A stretch of DNA of 64,000 bases from Eledone cirrhosa. Taxonomy: Eukaryota. Of this stretch, positions 35,403-49,093 are shown piece after piece. The notes under the pieces are model-generated. The model saw only the letters and a list, made by a program, of their open reading frames with translations. It did not search any database and had not been told where the DNA came from. Each line of letters opens with the position of its first letter. Positions within the stretch are counted from its first letter, which is position 1. The stretch is from positions 350,362,001 through 350,426,000 of the forward strand of contig OZ024743.1 in NCBI GenBank assembly GCA_964016885.1, read 5' to 3'. The translations under genes were made by a program, and so were the position numbers.

Positions 35403-36107
35403 CAAAGGTTCTCAACGGGGGGCATATGCACCCCCGGGGGCGTTTCGGAACTCCAGGGGGGGGCGTTTGGGAGCAAGATCGCGTTAGGGGGGCGTTTGGA
35501 GCTAAGGGGAGGGGTCAGGGGGCGCTGGAAGGCTCTTTCTTTTGGTAAGTTTTATAAGCCATATTTGTATGTCTCTGAGACAGCCAGTGTGAATGCATTT
35601 GAATGAGCTTGCAGACAGCATAACTATAGTTATGCTGTCTGCAAGCTGTGAGCAGGTGTGCAGGCATAACCGGTAATTTAGATCCTAAAAAATGGTAAAA
35701 CCCACAGTCAACTGGGTCAAAGACACTTTGAGCGCAGCCAGTTAGAATCTTATCTTTCCTTCACTGATAACAATGTATTTCATGTCTGAAATTATTGACT
35801 CAGCCGATACGAGTTAACACTATGTTATCTATTTTATTCCCTATTGTATAAATATAATATTACAAATAAAAAAAGAAAAGAAAAACCAGAAGCGAGTAGC
35901 ACACACATCTAGGACCACATACAACACATAATCAGATAATACACACATCTTTGGAATATTGTTAATCAATTTTTTAGTAATCTACTGATATAAAAATCAG
36001 TAGTATATTGAAAAATGGAAAAATAGGGTGGCTGGGGGGGGGGGGGTTCGTTTCGTTATTTCGAGGGACAAAAGGGGCGTTTGGCCTAAATGGGTTGAGA
36101 ACCTGTG
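35403..36107. mobile_element. Non-autonomous hAT (Buster/Charlie-type) DNA transposon, 705 bp
   Basis: TIRs CAAAGGTTCTCAAC / GTTGAGAACCTGTG (13/14). 8-bp TSD TATTAGAG at 35395-35402 and 36108-36115 with central TA. Confidence 0.9.
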
Positions 36108-36769
36108 TATTAGAGCGTTCCAATTTTTTCACATTGATGACACACTTGAAAAATAAATTTTTTCCTGGCATTAATTTCTTTCTTTGTGACTCAAAAATTA
36201 TATATATATGCAATAAACAAATAACGTTTATATCGTCTCCACAATCGCGTATCTAATTGTTCGCAGAGTTGTCAAATCTAAAGTATATTTTACTCATATA
36301 ATCTAACCCTAGAGATGATCAGCTACATATTTAAAGTGTTTAGAAATCTCCATCCAATAATAACACAACGAACATATGTGCTCGACACAAAAATCAAAAC
36401 ACAATATGATACCAAGAACAACAAAAACATGCCACAAAACAAGGCAAAACAGATTAAATATAAAAACAACCATACTTTATGGCTGGAGGAAAATATGAAT
36501 ATTAAATACAAGTACTGAGATGAAGTCTATAATACATTCTGACAACCGGGGGGGGGGGGGGGGGAGTATTCCCACTCCCACCTGTGCACTCATTTTGGCG
36601 CCACAGCTGAATAGTACCAAATCTACAGTACCAGAGCCACGGGGATTAGTTGATGAAACCCCGGCTATATCGACGCAGTAGAATCTAACCTCGACCACTA
36701 GTTCCTGTAAGGTTGAAATGTTCTAGTTTCCAATTATCAATGTTTGTTTCCTCCCGAAGCCTCTTTGAG

Positions 36770-37843
36770 GTCTCGAAACACGCGAGCTTGTGCGTCAATC
36801 CCACACCTCCAAAGACAAGTCGCAGGCCCATCGCCATATGATCGCATTCCTTGTGAGCTGCTGTGGAAGATTCTGCAGAAATATTGGGTCGATGGTTGAC
36901 TTCTTTTTACCCTGCTGTCTCTATACGAATGCCTAAGTATTTGTATTCGGATAAATGGGGCTAAATTGAAACTATCCAATTTGAAAATCGGACTCTGCCA
37001 AAGATGCATCTGTCACATCTGTTCATTATTTTTATAAACAGCATTGACATGCGCAGCCCAGTTGGAAGTGGTGTCATGACTGGCAGAGGTAAAATCTGTC
37101 GGCTGGAATTTACAGTCGACATGGAGTTACTTAACTCGACAGAAGGTGATCTCCGAATTGCATTTGATAGGTTTCATGCCGAGTGCTGCATGGCTGGAAT
37201 AAAAGTCAGTGCTGCGAAAACTGAGACACTCGTCCTCTCAAGGAAGCCTGCGCAGTGCACTCTACATGTGAATGGAGTTTCACTGAAACAGGTGGAAACG
37301 TTCTCGGGGCCATGTTCACGCATGATGGAAGACAAGAGGCTGAATTTTGTACAATAATTGCAGGAGCTGGTGTAATAATGCGCCAGCTTCAACACTCAGT
37401 CATCATCAGAAGAGAGGCAAGTCAAAAAGTCAAACTCACTATCTTCAATTCGGTATTCGTGCCAACCCTTACCTATCAGAGAGTCATTGCTTTCCGGATT
37501 GAGAGATTATAGCTCCGATACTATGGGCAAGTGGTTATAATGTCTCAGAAAAGAATAGCTGGACAGATTCTACAGGCAAAAACCAGCCGGCAGGAGACCT
37601 CGTGGTAGACTTCGAGCAAAATGGTTGGATAACGTCCATGAGCTTGGCTGGTCTCGCTTGGAGATCAAGCCGGATCAGTTGGACACAGATGCTGCTGCCA
37701 GGACCCACTGGAAGGAGTGTTTGGGGACTCTACCCTCAAGACCCTTTCAGGATTAAGTGGGAGAAGAAGAAGAAGAAGAAGAAGAAGAAGAAGAAGAAGA
37801 AGAAGAAGAAGAAGAAGAAGAAGAAGAAGAAGAAGAAGAAGAG
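36770..37843 (+). mobile_element. 5'-truncated, decayed RTE-clade LINE with (GAA)n tail
   Basis: RT C-terminal remnants (AYDRIP, G.K.S..KTE, IFNSVFVPTLTY). Tail at 37761-37843. Confidence 0.75.
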
Positions 37844-38221
37844 ATTCGCATATGAAAATCAGTGATTTGAGCACCTGGAGTTTTCTAATCAATTAGTAGA
37901 TAAACTCCCTTTAGTGTGGCATCAAATCTAAAAAACCCACACCAAGAGAAATAGTTTAAGATAATTTAAACAAAATTTGTTGACTATGTAGAGTCGTTAG
38001 ATTGTCGTATATAACTCTCGGCGGTAACTGTTTCGGCTCTCTGCGTTAAAGCCCGTTTCAGATTAATTTTGACTTCTAGCCTCTCTGAATTAATAAATAA
38101 AATATCAGTTAATTAGTGGGTAGATTTTTCCTACTCATTCTTCTATTTCTCTATATCTCTTATCCTTCATTTCCACTTCCCTCCCTTACTCTCTCGCAGA
38201 ATTGACTAAAGCCAATAAGAT

Positions 38222-39632
38222 TTTGTCTTTATTAACGATGGACACAGCTGATAGCCGGATTTTCTCTACACGTGACAACAGCTGTTCGACATAAACTCAT
38301 TTGGACACTAGATAAGTGCATGCAAGATAACTTCGTCGCCCTAGGCGTATCTTGGACAAATCCCGCTGGCGGCACTTCCATGACTAGATTTTATCTTGAA
38401 TTGGCAATGCCGATATCACTGTCAAGCCAGGGATTTGTTGAAGTTATCTATGGGTCCTGGGCGGAAAGACCTTCGTGAAAGAGTGCCCAGTTGAGTTTCA
38501 TCGATACCCAAGTCTTCCGAAAAACGTCATCAGTTTTACTCCCCACTAACCCTCTATTGAATGCCAAGGTGGAGTTTCCAGTGATCGTATTGTTCGATTG
38601 ACAGAGCGTTGGGAGCGTCCGTTTGAAAACATTCCAGTTTTCAAGTGCTCCCTCTCGGTTTTGGTTTGACCATGTACTTTAGCTATATGTGATTCGTGTG
38701 GTTTGTTTCTTTTTGGGAGGTTTTGGTTTGTTTTTGCAAATGTGGGTTTGTTTTTGCGGATGTAGGTTTCATTGTGTTTGGGTTGCTGTTGGTGTCTGTG
38801 CTGCCTATTGTGGTGAGGCTGATGGTGCGGATGGTGGTGAGATTAATGGTATTTATGGTGGTAGAGGTCATGATGATGCGGGTGGGGGTGATCTGGGTGA
38901 TAGTGATGCGAGTTATGGTGATCCAGATGTTTGTGTTTTTGATATATGCCTTATGGTTCATGTTTTATTTTCTGTCCCCTTTCTTTGAGGGTGACGTTAA
39001 AATGTTTTTTTTTCTTTAATCTTTGTTGTGAGACACTGTTTGCCACTCCCCCTCTGCCACAACCCATGTCCCATGTCCGGTTTTTCCAAGTCGAGGAGGG
39101 CATGTTGTTGTCTCTGACACTGGTGTTGATGTTTTGGCCTTTGCAATTGCTATTGGTGTTCTTTCCGATGTTGCTGTTGACGTTGCTGCTTGTGTTGTTC
39201 GCAATAACAGATTTGGTGTTGGGTGGACAGCGGCCCTACCATTCCTCGTGGTTTGATGCGGGCAGAAAGCTTTGACGTGGATGTTTTTACCACAAGTATA
39301 ATATTTTGGTTGTCTACCTTCTACGGTTGCTAGATCTATTATATCGGGGATAGTTGAACTGTTTAGATAAGTAGTTCCATCCCCGATCCGAACTAGTTTT
39401 TTCTATTGATTTTGTACACCTCTAAAATTGTCATTTTGTCCTCGACGTCTGCATGAGCAGCTGCGACTAGCAAAGGAATGGCTACTATAGGCGGTACCGG
39501 GGTCATTTTGACTATCAGTTATCTCTAGCCGCAGTAAGACGGCACGAAAGTAAGTTCGTCATTTCTGAGTTATGTGTTTTGCGTACCCACACTCGATAAA
39601 GGTTTTGGATTCGGGACTCGGCGGCCTACTCC

Positions 39633-39636
<4 letters not shown>
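38222..39636 (-). mobile_element. Old Tx1-like fragment: ORF1 part fused to ORF2 C-terminal part
   Basis: 38222-38680 resembles the ORF2 zinc-finger region. 38682-39636 resembles ORF1 (knuckle remnant near 39260-39300). Confidence 0.75.

Positions 39637-39697
<61 letters not shown>
39637..39697. repeat. (TA)n
   Basis: Direct reading. Confidence 0.98.
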
Positions 39698-39704
<7 letters not shown>

Positions 39705-39762
39705 TAAAAAAATAATGAATAAAACAATGAAACAGTTCCTTATATTAAACAAAAAAAGTTCA

Positions 39763-39908
39763 TTATTTAACGATCGTTTCTAGGATATATATGTGTTAGA
39801 ATTGGCATGCATATTCAACAGATCTATGTACAAAATTATACAAAATTATACAAACTATCAAGATTAAATATACATACCAAACACACATATATGCCGTCTT
39901 CAGAAATA
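39763..39908 (-). ncRNA. Hammerhead-like motif with extended stem II
   Basis: Minus strand reads tattt CTGAAGA [~116 nt hairpin] GAAAC GATC GTT aaata. 5-bp stem I and palindromic stem III ACGATCGT. Confidence 0.7.
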
Positions 39909-39942
39909 TTGGACACTACCGTAAACTCTTGGTAGATTTATC

Positions 39943-40120
<178 letters not shown>

Positions 40121-40239
40121 TATATCTGTGATTGTGTCTATATGAATAAAGATAGAAAAAGATTTGAGGGGATCTCTCTGCATAAAGTGTATACATGCAA
40201 ATAGTCTCACATTCAGCATATCACCAGCTTTGTGAAATT

Positions 40240-40305
40240 CCGCCAGATGATGACGTGTTAGGGTTATGTAACAATAGTCTAACACTTCTGAAATGTACAT
40301 ACCGG
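40240..40305 (+). ncRNA. Degenerate hammerhead-like motif
   Basis: ccgc CAGATGA ..gtgttag..ctaacac.. GAAA TGTACA TA ccgg. Core U4 is changed to A. Confidence 0.5.
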
Positions 40306-40500
40306 TCCTTATTTAACAAATTTAAGTATAGTAATGTAGAACCGTGACTAACACTCCAATATTATATTGGGTACCGGTCTCCGGGATATATACAACATAC
40401 ATGGAATGCTTAACCCTGATCACACTATCCATCGTTGATTGCAGTGTTAATAAAATATAACACTAATCATCAACTAAGATCGTTATAAAAACAAATGTTC

Positions 40501-40556
40501 ACAGACACACACAGACACACAGACAGACACACATACATATATATATATATATAATG

Positions 40557-40620
<64 letters not shown>

Positions 40621-40667
40621 GTATGTATATATATATATATATATATACATATGTATATATATATACA

Positions 40668-40751
<84 letters not shown>

Positions 40752-40797
40752 AGTATATACATATATATATATATAAATATATATATATATAAATATA

Positions 40798-40840
<43 letters not shown>
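40501..40840. repeat. Compound (CA)/(TA)/(TG) microsatellite
   Basis: Direct reading. Confidence 0.95.
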
Positions 40841-40845
<5 letters not shown>

Positions 40846-41097
40846 TCTTAAAAAATTGTAGGAATCTCAAACACAGAAAACAATTGTAAACAGAGTCAGT
40901 TGCGATAATTAATAGCTTAGAAAATCGAGTAAAAGCCCTCATGCACAGAAACATTGACCACCAGCCGCTACGAAGTATCGAACTTCGATTCTTGTAGCGA
41001 ATGTAGGGTGATATTTCACTGACGTGGTGAAAAGACGGTAATATATCAGCAAAAATATAAAAATAAGAAGATATATGATCCTATTTCTGTAATTAAT

Positions 41098-41272
41098 TGT
41101 TCCTACTTTTGGCACAAGGCCAGCAATTACCCCTAGTGTATTACTGGTACTTTATTTTATCGACCCCGTAAGGATGAAAGGCAAAGTTAACCTCGGCGGG
41201 ATTTGAACTCAGACCATGAAGTGCCGTAACTCTTTGCTGCAAAGCATGTCGTCCGACCCTCTACCGATACTG
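41098..41272 (-). mobile_element. tRNA-derived SINE with 16-bp TSD
   Basis: Same family. TATTTCTGT(A/C)ATTAAT at 41082-41097 and 41273-41288. Confidence 0.92.
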
Positions 41273-42022
41273 TATTTCTGTCATTAATATGTTCAAATCA
41301 AATACGAAGGGAAGGAACGCGGACACATTTTGATATGCTAGGAATGTTTGTATCTGTGACTATTTCTTTATATGATTCCGTATCTCATCTACGATGTGGT
41401 ACGTCTGTTTAGCAAATTAAAAGAAAAGCATCTCGAAATGAATTTCTTGAGAATGTGGTAGTGAGTAATTCATCGATTTGAATACAAAACAGCGAATTAT
41501 AAAGCCACTGGTGTAAGGTATACTGTATGAAAAAAGAACTAACAAAATGCGCTTGCCAGTTGCAAACGACAAGCTATCACAACCACTAACCCTCAATAAA
41601 TATTCATGCTTTCTTATAAGGCAGATTAAGACTATTAGAGAGAGAGGTAAAGGTAGTGTGAGTGAATGAGAGAGATGGGGCATGCTGTGAAAATAAAGGA
41701 AGCCTTTATACACCGTCAAAACATTCGGGAATTACGCAGTAGGAGTGATATGTTGGGAAGAGTGAATTTAATAATCTAGAGACAATCATACAATCTTATG
41801 TAATTCTATCTACCAATAACGATAAAAATTTCAGTTGGTGTGCCTGTCTATACATTCCGATAACAACATTACACACCAGCTAAACAGAAATTAAACAACT
41901 TAATGTGTAAGGCAATACTAAACACAGAACAATATTATTTGTTTAAACAGTACATCTTTTTAATATATTCATATATTCGTTTTCAAGATCATACGTTTCC
42001 CCTAACTTTCTTTCAATCTCAC

Positions 42023-42025
<3 letters not shown>

Positions 42026-42082
<57 letters not shown>

Positions 42083-42198
42083 GGGGGGGGGAGAGAGATA
42101 CATATATATACATGTACAGAGATATACTTAAACATGCATATATATGTAAATATACATATATATATATGTGTATACACACACACACATATATATATGTA

Positions 42199-42278
<80 letters not shown>

Positions 42279-42367
42279 AAGACTCCAGTTTTTTGATTTC
42301 ATCTTTTTTCCTTATATATATATATATATATATATATATGCATACACACACACACACACACACACAC

Positions 42368-42407
<40 letters not shown>

Positions 42408-42426
42408 TACACACACACACACACAC

Positions 42427-42482
<56 letters not shown>

Positions 42483-42538
42483 TACACACACACACACATA
42501 TTATATATATATATATATATGCATACACACACACACAC

Positions 42539-42570
<32 letters not shown>

Positions 42571-42575
42571 CATAT
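42026..42575. repeat. Compound (TA)/(GA)/(CA) microsatellite with higher-order repeat
   Basis: The unit (TA)n-TGCATA-(CA)n-TAT recurs about four times from 42314. Confidence 0.93.
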
Positions 42576-43261
42576 ATTCACTCAAACACATTTATACGTA
42601 CAAGTATACGTTTAAGCGTGCGTGCGCAACAAATCCTGATCCATATCAAATTATAGATTGATATTTCAACAGAACGTTTCATGTTTCTAAATTAGGACAT
42701 ATATTAATTCGATTCCAGGAATTTATTTATCAAATAATAACCAAATCATTTGTGATTGACACTTATTTCAGATTAAACGAAATCAATTGTCGGGCCAATG
42801 GAAAACTTCTATATGCTCATTCCACCTGTTAGAAATCACAACCAAATAGTCATCGTCTATGAAGGTTCATATTGGATAATGTAATTTTAGATGCACTGTA
42901 TCTTGAAAAAGATAGGCATGTCATGAATGAAATGGCGTTTACATAAAGGTGCACAATTAGGGCAGACTTGGGAGTGAGCAACAACAACACAAGTTAATTC
43001 CATTCCAGATTGAAACAAACACCATATGTTGTCACTCGAGTTGCTAGAAACAGCAGTCATCAACTTAGAGTCTATTGTATATTAATAAATAGAAACATAA
43101 TTGGATAATATAATAAAAGATACACTATATCCGATGAAGATGTTATGGACACGATTAGAACGCTTTTAATGATGTTTGATCGAATAAAACTGATTTCAGA
43201 TAAACAAAAACAATACTAAATTTAGCTATACTGGTATAATTTCATTTCCCTTGACTTACCA

Positions 43262-43585
43262 GTTTTGTGGGCCTCTTTGGATTTAGGGTAGTCTCAAGTT
43301 GCAGATAATTAGATGGTGATCAGTTGACAGCTCAGCCCCTTTCTTAACACGAATATCCAGCACAAAATCAAACAGCTCATAGACAATAACAAAATCAGTT
43401 ATTGATCTTTGTCCCTGATTCCCCTTATACCATGTATATTTATGAATATCTTTATGTTGGAAGAAGGTGTTTATAATAGCGAGCCCATTGCTAGAAATGA
43501 AGTCTAGGCAGGCCTCGCCATTCGTATTTAGATCGAGGTCACCATTCCTCCCAATCACTCCTTTCCATGTCTGGTCGTCAGTGCA
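43262..43585 (-). mobile_element. RTE-like APE endonuclease fragment
   Basis: NGLAIINTFFQHKDIHKYTW, SITDFVIV, STDHHLI. Confidence 0.85.
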
Positions 43586-43842
43586 AACATGTGTGATTTT
43601 GAAGTAACGTTACTCGATAAAGTGCGTAGCTCGAAGATCAGAGAGTCACTCCAGGTAAAGCCGCTACTTCTCCGAATTGAGAGGTCACAGCTCCGATACT
43701 GTGGGCATGGGGTTAGAATGTTTCATGAAAGACTCGCTGGACAGATTTTGCTAGCAAAACCGACCGGCAAAACCAACCGGCAAGAGACCAAGGGTAGACC
43801 TCGAGCAAGATTTTTGGATAACATCCTTGAGCTTGGCTGGTC
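43586..43842 (+). mobile_element. RTE-like LINE 3' coding fragment
   Basis: VTLLDKVRSSKIRESLQV..LLRIERSQLRYCGH..RM, related to 37490-37660. Confidence 0.8.
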
Positions 43843-43986
43843 ACGGCCCTTGCTATTCTGGGTTCAAATTCCGTCGAGGTTAACTTTGCCTTTCATCCTT
43901 ACGGGGTCGATAAAATAAAGTACCAGTAATACACTGGAATAATTGCTGGCCTTGTGCCAAAAGTAGAAACTTTTATTATTATTATT
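43843..43986 (+). mobile_element. 5'-truncated SINE with (TTA)n tail
   Basis: B box GGTTCAAATTCC, central domain and tail as at 24286. Confidence 0.88.
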
Positions 43987-46900
43987 GACCACATGTGTGA
44001 AGACGTTACAAGTCTGCGGGAGAAAAGGTTCGTAATTTTAAGCTGTTTTAAAGTATCATTTTTTTGTATTTTCTTGTCGATAACGCAGCATATAAAGATA
44101 TTCATAAATATATTCCTTGGTTTCAAGGAAGGGAGACCTGTCAATATTCGGGCTTTAAGCCCGAATATTCAGATTTATTTATAAAAACTTCGACCCCCCC
44201 CCCCCCCCCGGAAATTTTCGACTTTGAAACGATAAACAACGTACAGGTCAAAAGGTAAAAAACAGTCACTATAGCTCCCACCATGACTACTACTACAGAC
44301 ATGTCTGTCGTCCACTCCACTGAATGTGGAGACGAAACACAGGAATTACCATCACAACCGCTCCCTTCTGTGATAGTAGCAGTACCATCTCAAAACGATA
44401 TCACCACCACCACCACAACAACAACTACAACAACCAAGAAAAACAACGACAATAACACCAACAGCCTCATTATAAACACTAATAACAGTAGCAACAGCAA
44501 CAACAAACAACACAACAAGAACAACAACACTAACAAAAACACCAAGAACGACAACAACAAATACAACGGAGGCGCAACCTTTGCAGCGGCCGCAGCGAAA
44601 ACAAAGCGCTTCTTCAATGTATCAGTGATAAAGAACAAAAGTTGGCCCAGGTATGGCACAGAAATCCTGGGCCAACCTAACCATCCCGGACGAGGCAATA
44701 GCAGCCATGCAAAGGAGGACGGTGTAATTTCCATGCGTTTCAGTGCAGACACGCAAAGTGGAACTCACCAGCCAAGCAGAAGTCGAGGCTGCTTTAAAGT
44801 GCATCGGAAGTGACATCGAGTACAAAGAAAGGGCCAAGCAGTTCCGTACCATCTCGGTACTGTTCAAAATGATGGCTCCTGGGATGCGTAATCGAGGAGG
44901 AAACAGACACTACACTCCTAGATATCAAAAAGACAGAGTGAGAGGACTGGTCTGGAATGGATTTTGAGATTCTTTTCCAAATGAAACCAGAGGACGTCAA
45001 CAACATCCTTGATTTTTCCCGCCTGCAGGACGGGACAACAATCCAATTAACCACTGAAGGAGGAAGGCCGCACTGCTTCGTTTGCGGGGATGCAACGCTT
45101 CTGCCCTCAGCTCAAAAATGCAGGGGGTCGCAAACCTCCTTTGTTGCCAACGCCAGTGTCAGCATGGAAAGCTGCACCACCACCACCAACAATGACACGG
45201 GTAACCCCACCAACATCAAAAACAGCCGGACTACCACCAGCACCGAAACCAAGCAAAGGGGAAAACGAGGAAAGCTCTCCCACTCCCCTACCCCTCCAAT
45301 TATACACATAGACAAAACCATAAATGCACACACAGGCACAGATACACTCACAGACACAGACCCTTTGTCTTCCAGTAGTGAAGATAAAGGGAAACCCAAA
45401 AGTGCCAAAAAAAAAACAAGAGAAAACTCACAAAAATGCCCCACAAAATACAAAAACATACACAACAAAAAATACAGACACCAATAAAGCAAACACTTCC
45501 CCAATAACATCAACACCAACATCAACATCAACACCTCTCCCACAATCCCCGAAACGCAAACAACCTAAACAAACACAAAAACAAATAAACACACAGACAC
45601 ATGAAGTTGCAGACACCACACCTACAAAAAACACAGACATACCCGAAACAACACCACCAAAACCATCACCACCACAGTCACCAAAACGAAAACAAATAAA
45701 ACCACACCAACAAAATATTAAAAACTTGTCAGAAGGTCAAACGATAAACTGATGGCCCTGTAAGCACGAAGCGAGGACATTCAAACAGAGGGAGAGATCT
45801 TGAAATGAGCACATTTTGCGTGCCAGAAGATTGGTTTCTGGTGCGAATGTTGCTCGATTCCTACAAAGAAATTTGAGAGAGCTTTCCTCAAGATGTGGGA
45901 ACCCCGAACGTGAAACCCACATCGAGACTTTTAAAGGGGCTCACAAAAGAATCTCCACCAACTATGGAGGTCTAACCACCCGACCTTCACAAGACCCCGG
46001 GAGGTAAGTAAACCTTCCCTCTTTCTTTTAGCATGCCAACATGGCCATATTAAGAGTAGGAAGTTTAAATGTTCGTGGCCTGGGGGTCACCCTGGAAGCA
46101 GGGTCACCTGCTCAACGACCTCAGATCCCTGGAAATGGATGTGATTGCCGTCAGCGAGACAAGGATTTCCGACACGCGCGCACTAGCCCCCATTTTCGAC
46201 GACTATCATATCTTCGCATCTGTTAGCAGGCCGGGAATGGGGGGTGGGGTGGCAGTGCTGTTTAGGAAAGGCCTGGATCTCGAGGTAAGGTCGATCTTCC
46301 TGGACGGTAAGTTGGTGGTCCTGCATGTGAGCAATAGCGAAGGTGGTGCCTTTAGACTGCTGGCCGTCTATGCCCCTACTGGGGCAGGACGGTCGGACTT
46401 TTTAGACGCCTGGAAAACTTTTGTGTACGTCTCGCCCTTTACTGTTAGCGGGGACTGGAACGGCATCTTAGACGCACGCTGAGATTCTGTGGGAGTAGAT
46501 GACATGAGCGAGGGGTGCGCAAAAGCCTCAATCACCTAATCAGCCAGTTACAACTATCTGACAGGTACCGACTACATTTCTCCAATGCGCCAGTTTGGAC
46601 GTGGACCAACCGCACAGGGTCATCTGGATCGTATATAGACAGGATATTCATTAGGAAACTAGATAGAAATAGTGTAGGCTGCCCATTTTTTAAAAGGGTC
46701 GCCTATTCAGATCACAAATTTATGATCTGTATAGTCGACCGAGATAAAACGCGTAGGTTAGGACCGGGTTGCTGGAAGCTGAACATGTCATTTCCAGCAC
46801 GTAAGGCTTACAGGGACCGAGTCAACAATTTAGTTAAGCAAAATTTGACAGGGGTGATCGTCAACAACAGATGGTGGGGGGAGTCTCTCAAAACAGACTA

Positions 46901-49090
46901 GAGTAATGTCGATGGGGTTTAGCAAAGAAATAGCGTTAGGGAAAAATAGAAAGGAGAGGGATCTAGTAGACAAGTTAGACGAGGCTATTTGTAGTGGCAT
47001 TGCAACGGACGTGCTAGCGGTGAGAATAGCATTAGACCGTTTCTTCAATGCGAAACACGAAGGTTGCATTATCAGAGCTAAGGCGCGTGTGCCGAGAGGG
47101 AACCAAAGCTGTTCGATGAGCCCGCGTGGCAGAGGCGCAGCGTGGTAATAAATCCACAATTCGGTCTTTGGCGGACCGAGACGGACACGACATAACCGAT
47201 TCCAAGCGGATGTGCGAGGCCTTTCGGCAGCATTTTGCTCGGTTGTTCGGGGAGAGTGGCCGGTCACAGATGGTGGCGGACTTCAGTCCCTACCTTGACT
47301 GCTTGCCGCGCATCTCGACGGTCGACGCTGGGTACTGTGAAAGGCCGATTACTTCAGCTGAAATTCAGGACGCCCTTGTCAGCTGCATGAGGCGCAAGTC
47401 ATCTGGTTTGGATGAGCTGCCCTACGAGCTTTACGTAATTATGCCAGACTTGTTCTCCGATCTCCTCAAAGCGCTCTACTGCAACTGGCAGCAGAATGGG
47501 AGCATTCCCAGTTCTGTGAGCAGCGGAAACGCTGATAAGGAAAGATGAGAACCAAAGGGACACATTAGACAACTTCAAGCCCATATATATGCTCAACACA
47601 GAGTTTAAGATTTTGGCCAAGGTATTAGCAAAGAGATTGGCGCTTGTCGTCGAGGATTTGGTTGGGGAGGCGCAAACTTGCTCAATTCCAGCCAGGTCCA
47701 TACACGACAACCTCCACCTCATGCGATACATCATAGAGAGCGTAGGGTGTAAATTTGGCTTCGGTGGGGCACTGATCAATTTAGATCAATCGAAAGCATT
47801 CGATAGGGTCGACCATCGGTATCTGGAGGCTGTTCTCAAAGCAGCTGGCTTCGGCCCTGTCTGCAGAAGCTGGATCACTGCAAGGCACAGCGGCACCTGC
47901 TTGGTGGTCAAGGTTAATGGCCACCTCTCGCAATCGTTTCGGCTCTTCCGATCGGTCCGTAAAGGGTGCCCTCTCTCTTCCCTTCTGTACGTATTAACTC
48001 TCAAGCCTTTACTGCAGGAGCTGGAGCTGGAGCAGGGCATCCCGCTCGAACCGGGACGTGGAAAGGCTGTGTCGTCTTATGCGGACGACATCACCGTGAT
48101 GGTGTCGGACACTTCGGAAATCGAGGTGGTCGGCACCTTATTGAAGGAATATGAAAGGTTGACATGAGCCAAACTTAACCCGGAAAAGTCGGCGGGCTTG
48201 CAACTCGGCACCTGGAAAGGCAAGTCCATGCATACCAACAGATTGTGGTGCGCTGGACGGACGGACCGGTAAAATTGCTCGGGGTTTGTTTCGGACCAGA
48301 CTTTCAGATGGAAAAGAATTGGGACGAGGTAACGAGCAGGGTAGCCAGTCTCACCCAAAAATTGGCTGCGAGTAAGCTATCACTGAAAGTTCGCGCGGAG
48401 GTGGCGAATGCGTATATTGCGTCCGTCATCTACTACCGCTTGACAGTCGTGCCTTGGCCCCGTCCGCGCCTCGCCAAATTGGAACGACTCCTCTTCAAAT
48501 TCTTGTGAAGAGGACAAGTCCCGTTGGTGAGGTGGTTCATCTGCTGCCAGCAGCCTATACGTGGAGGGCTGGGCATGCTGTGGCTAATGATGCGCAGACA
48601 TGCGCTGAGGCTGCGACATCTCCAGATATTCTGCCTAAACGGTGAATAGGTGTGGTCGCCGTTTATCAGACGGGCCTGCCCGCAGCTCGTTTCTTTGACT
48701 GAGCTGCAGTCCTGGGTCAAGAAGAGACCAAGACTGGGTGACTGGCAGTTGGAATGTTGCCAGGCAATCACTGCCATCTATCAAGCGGGCTATGCGATCA
48801 GTGGGACTTCCACTCTCTAGTTCTATAGAGGATTAGTGGTGGGCAAGTGCGAAGACGCAGTCGGAGAAGCTTTGGGCCTCGACGAAGACGAATTGACCAG
48901 TCTGTTCCGGAGGACTTTCGAGCGAGGGACGATGGACGATTTCCAGAAATCTCTCGCTTGGCAGTGCTACCGGAGGGCACTGCCGGTTCGGGATAAACTC
49001 TACAGACACAGAAATTTGTTTTTCTTTTGCTGTTGCGTTTGTTTTTGTCTGTGTTCTGTTCTGTAATTTTTCGACTTGTTGCTTATCATT
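43987..49090 (+). mobile_element. Tx1/L1-like element, variant B, decayed, 3' part deleted
   Basis: Own 5' UTR. ORF1 relic 44283-46007 (CFVCG knuckle remnant) and ORF2 relic 46041-49008 with many stops and frameshifts. Confidence 0.88.
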
Positions 49091-49093
49091 ATA

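Noticed and set aside
38021-38064. Hammerhead-like CTGAAAC-GGGCTTT..AGAGCC-GAAACAGTTAC on minus
   Set aside because: The core, stem I and stem III are too degenerate to support a call.
40966-40999. Hairpin CGCTACGAAG..CTTGTAGCG with a B-box-like sequence on minus
   Set aside because: Isolated, with no A box or complete RNA gene structure.
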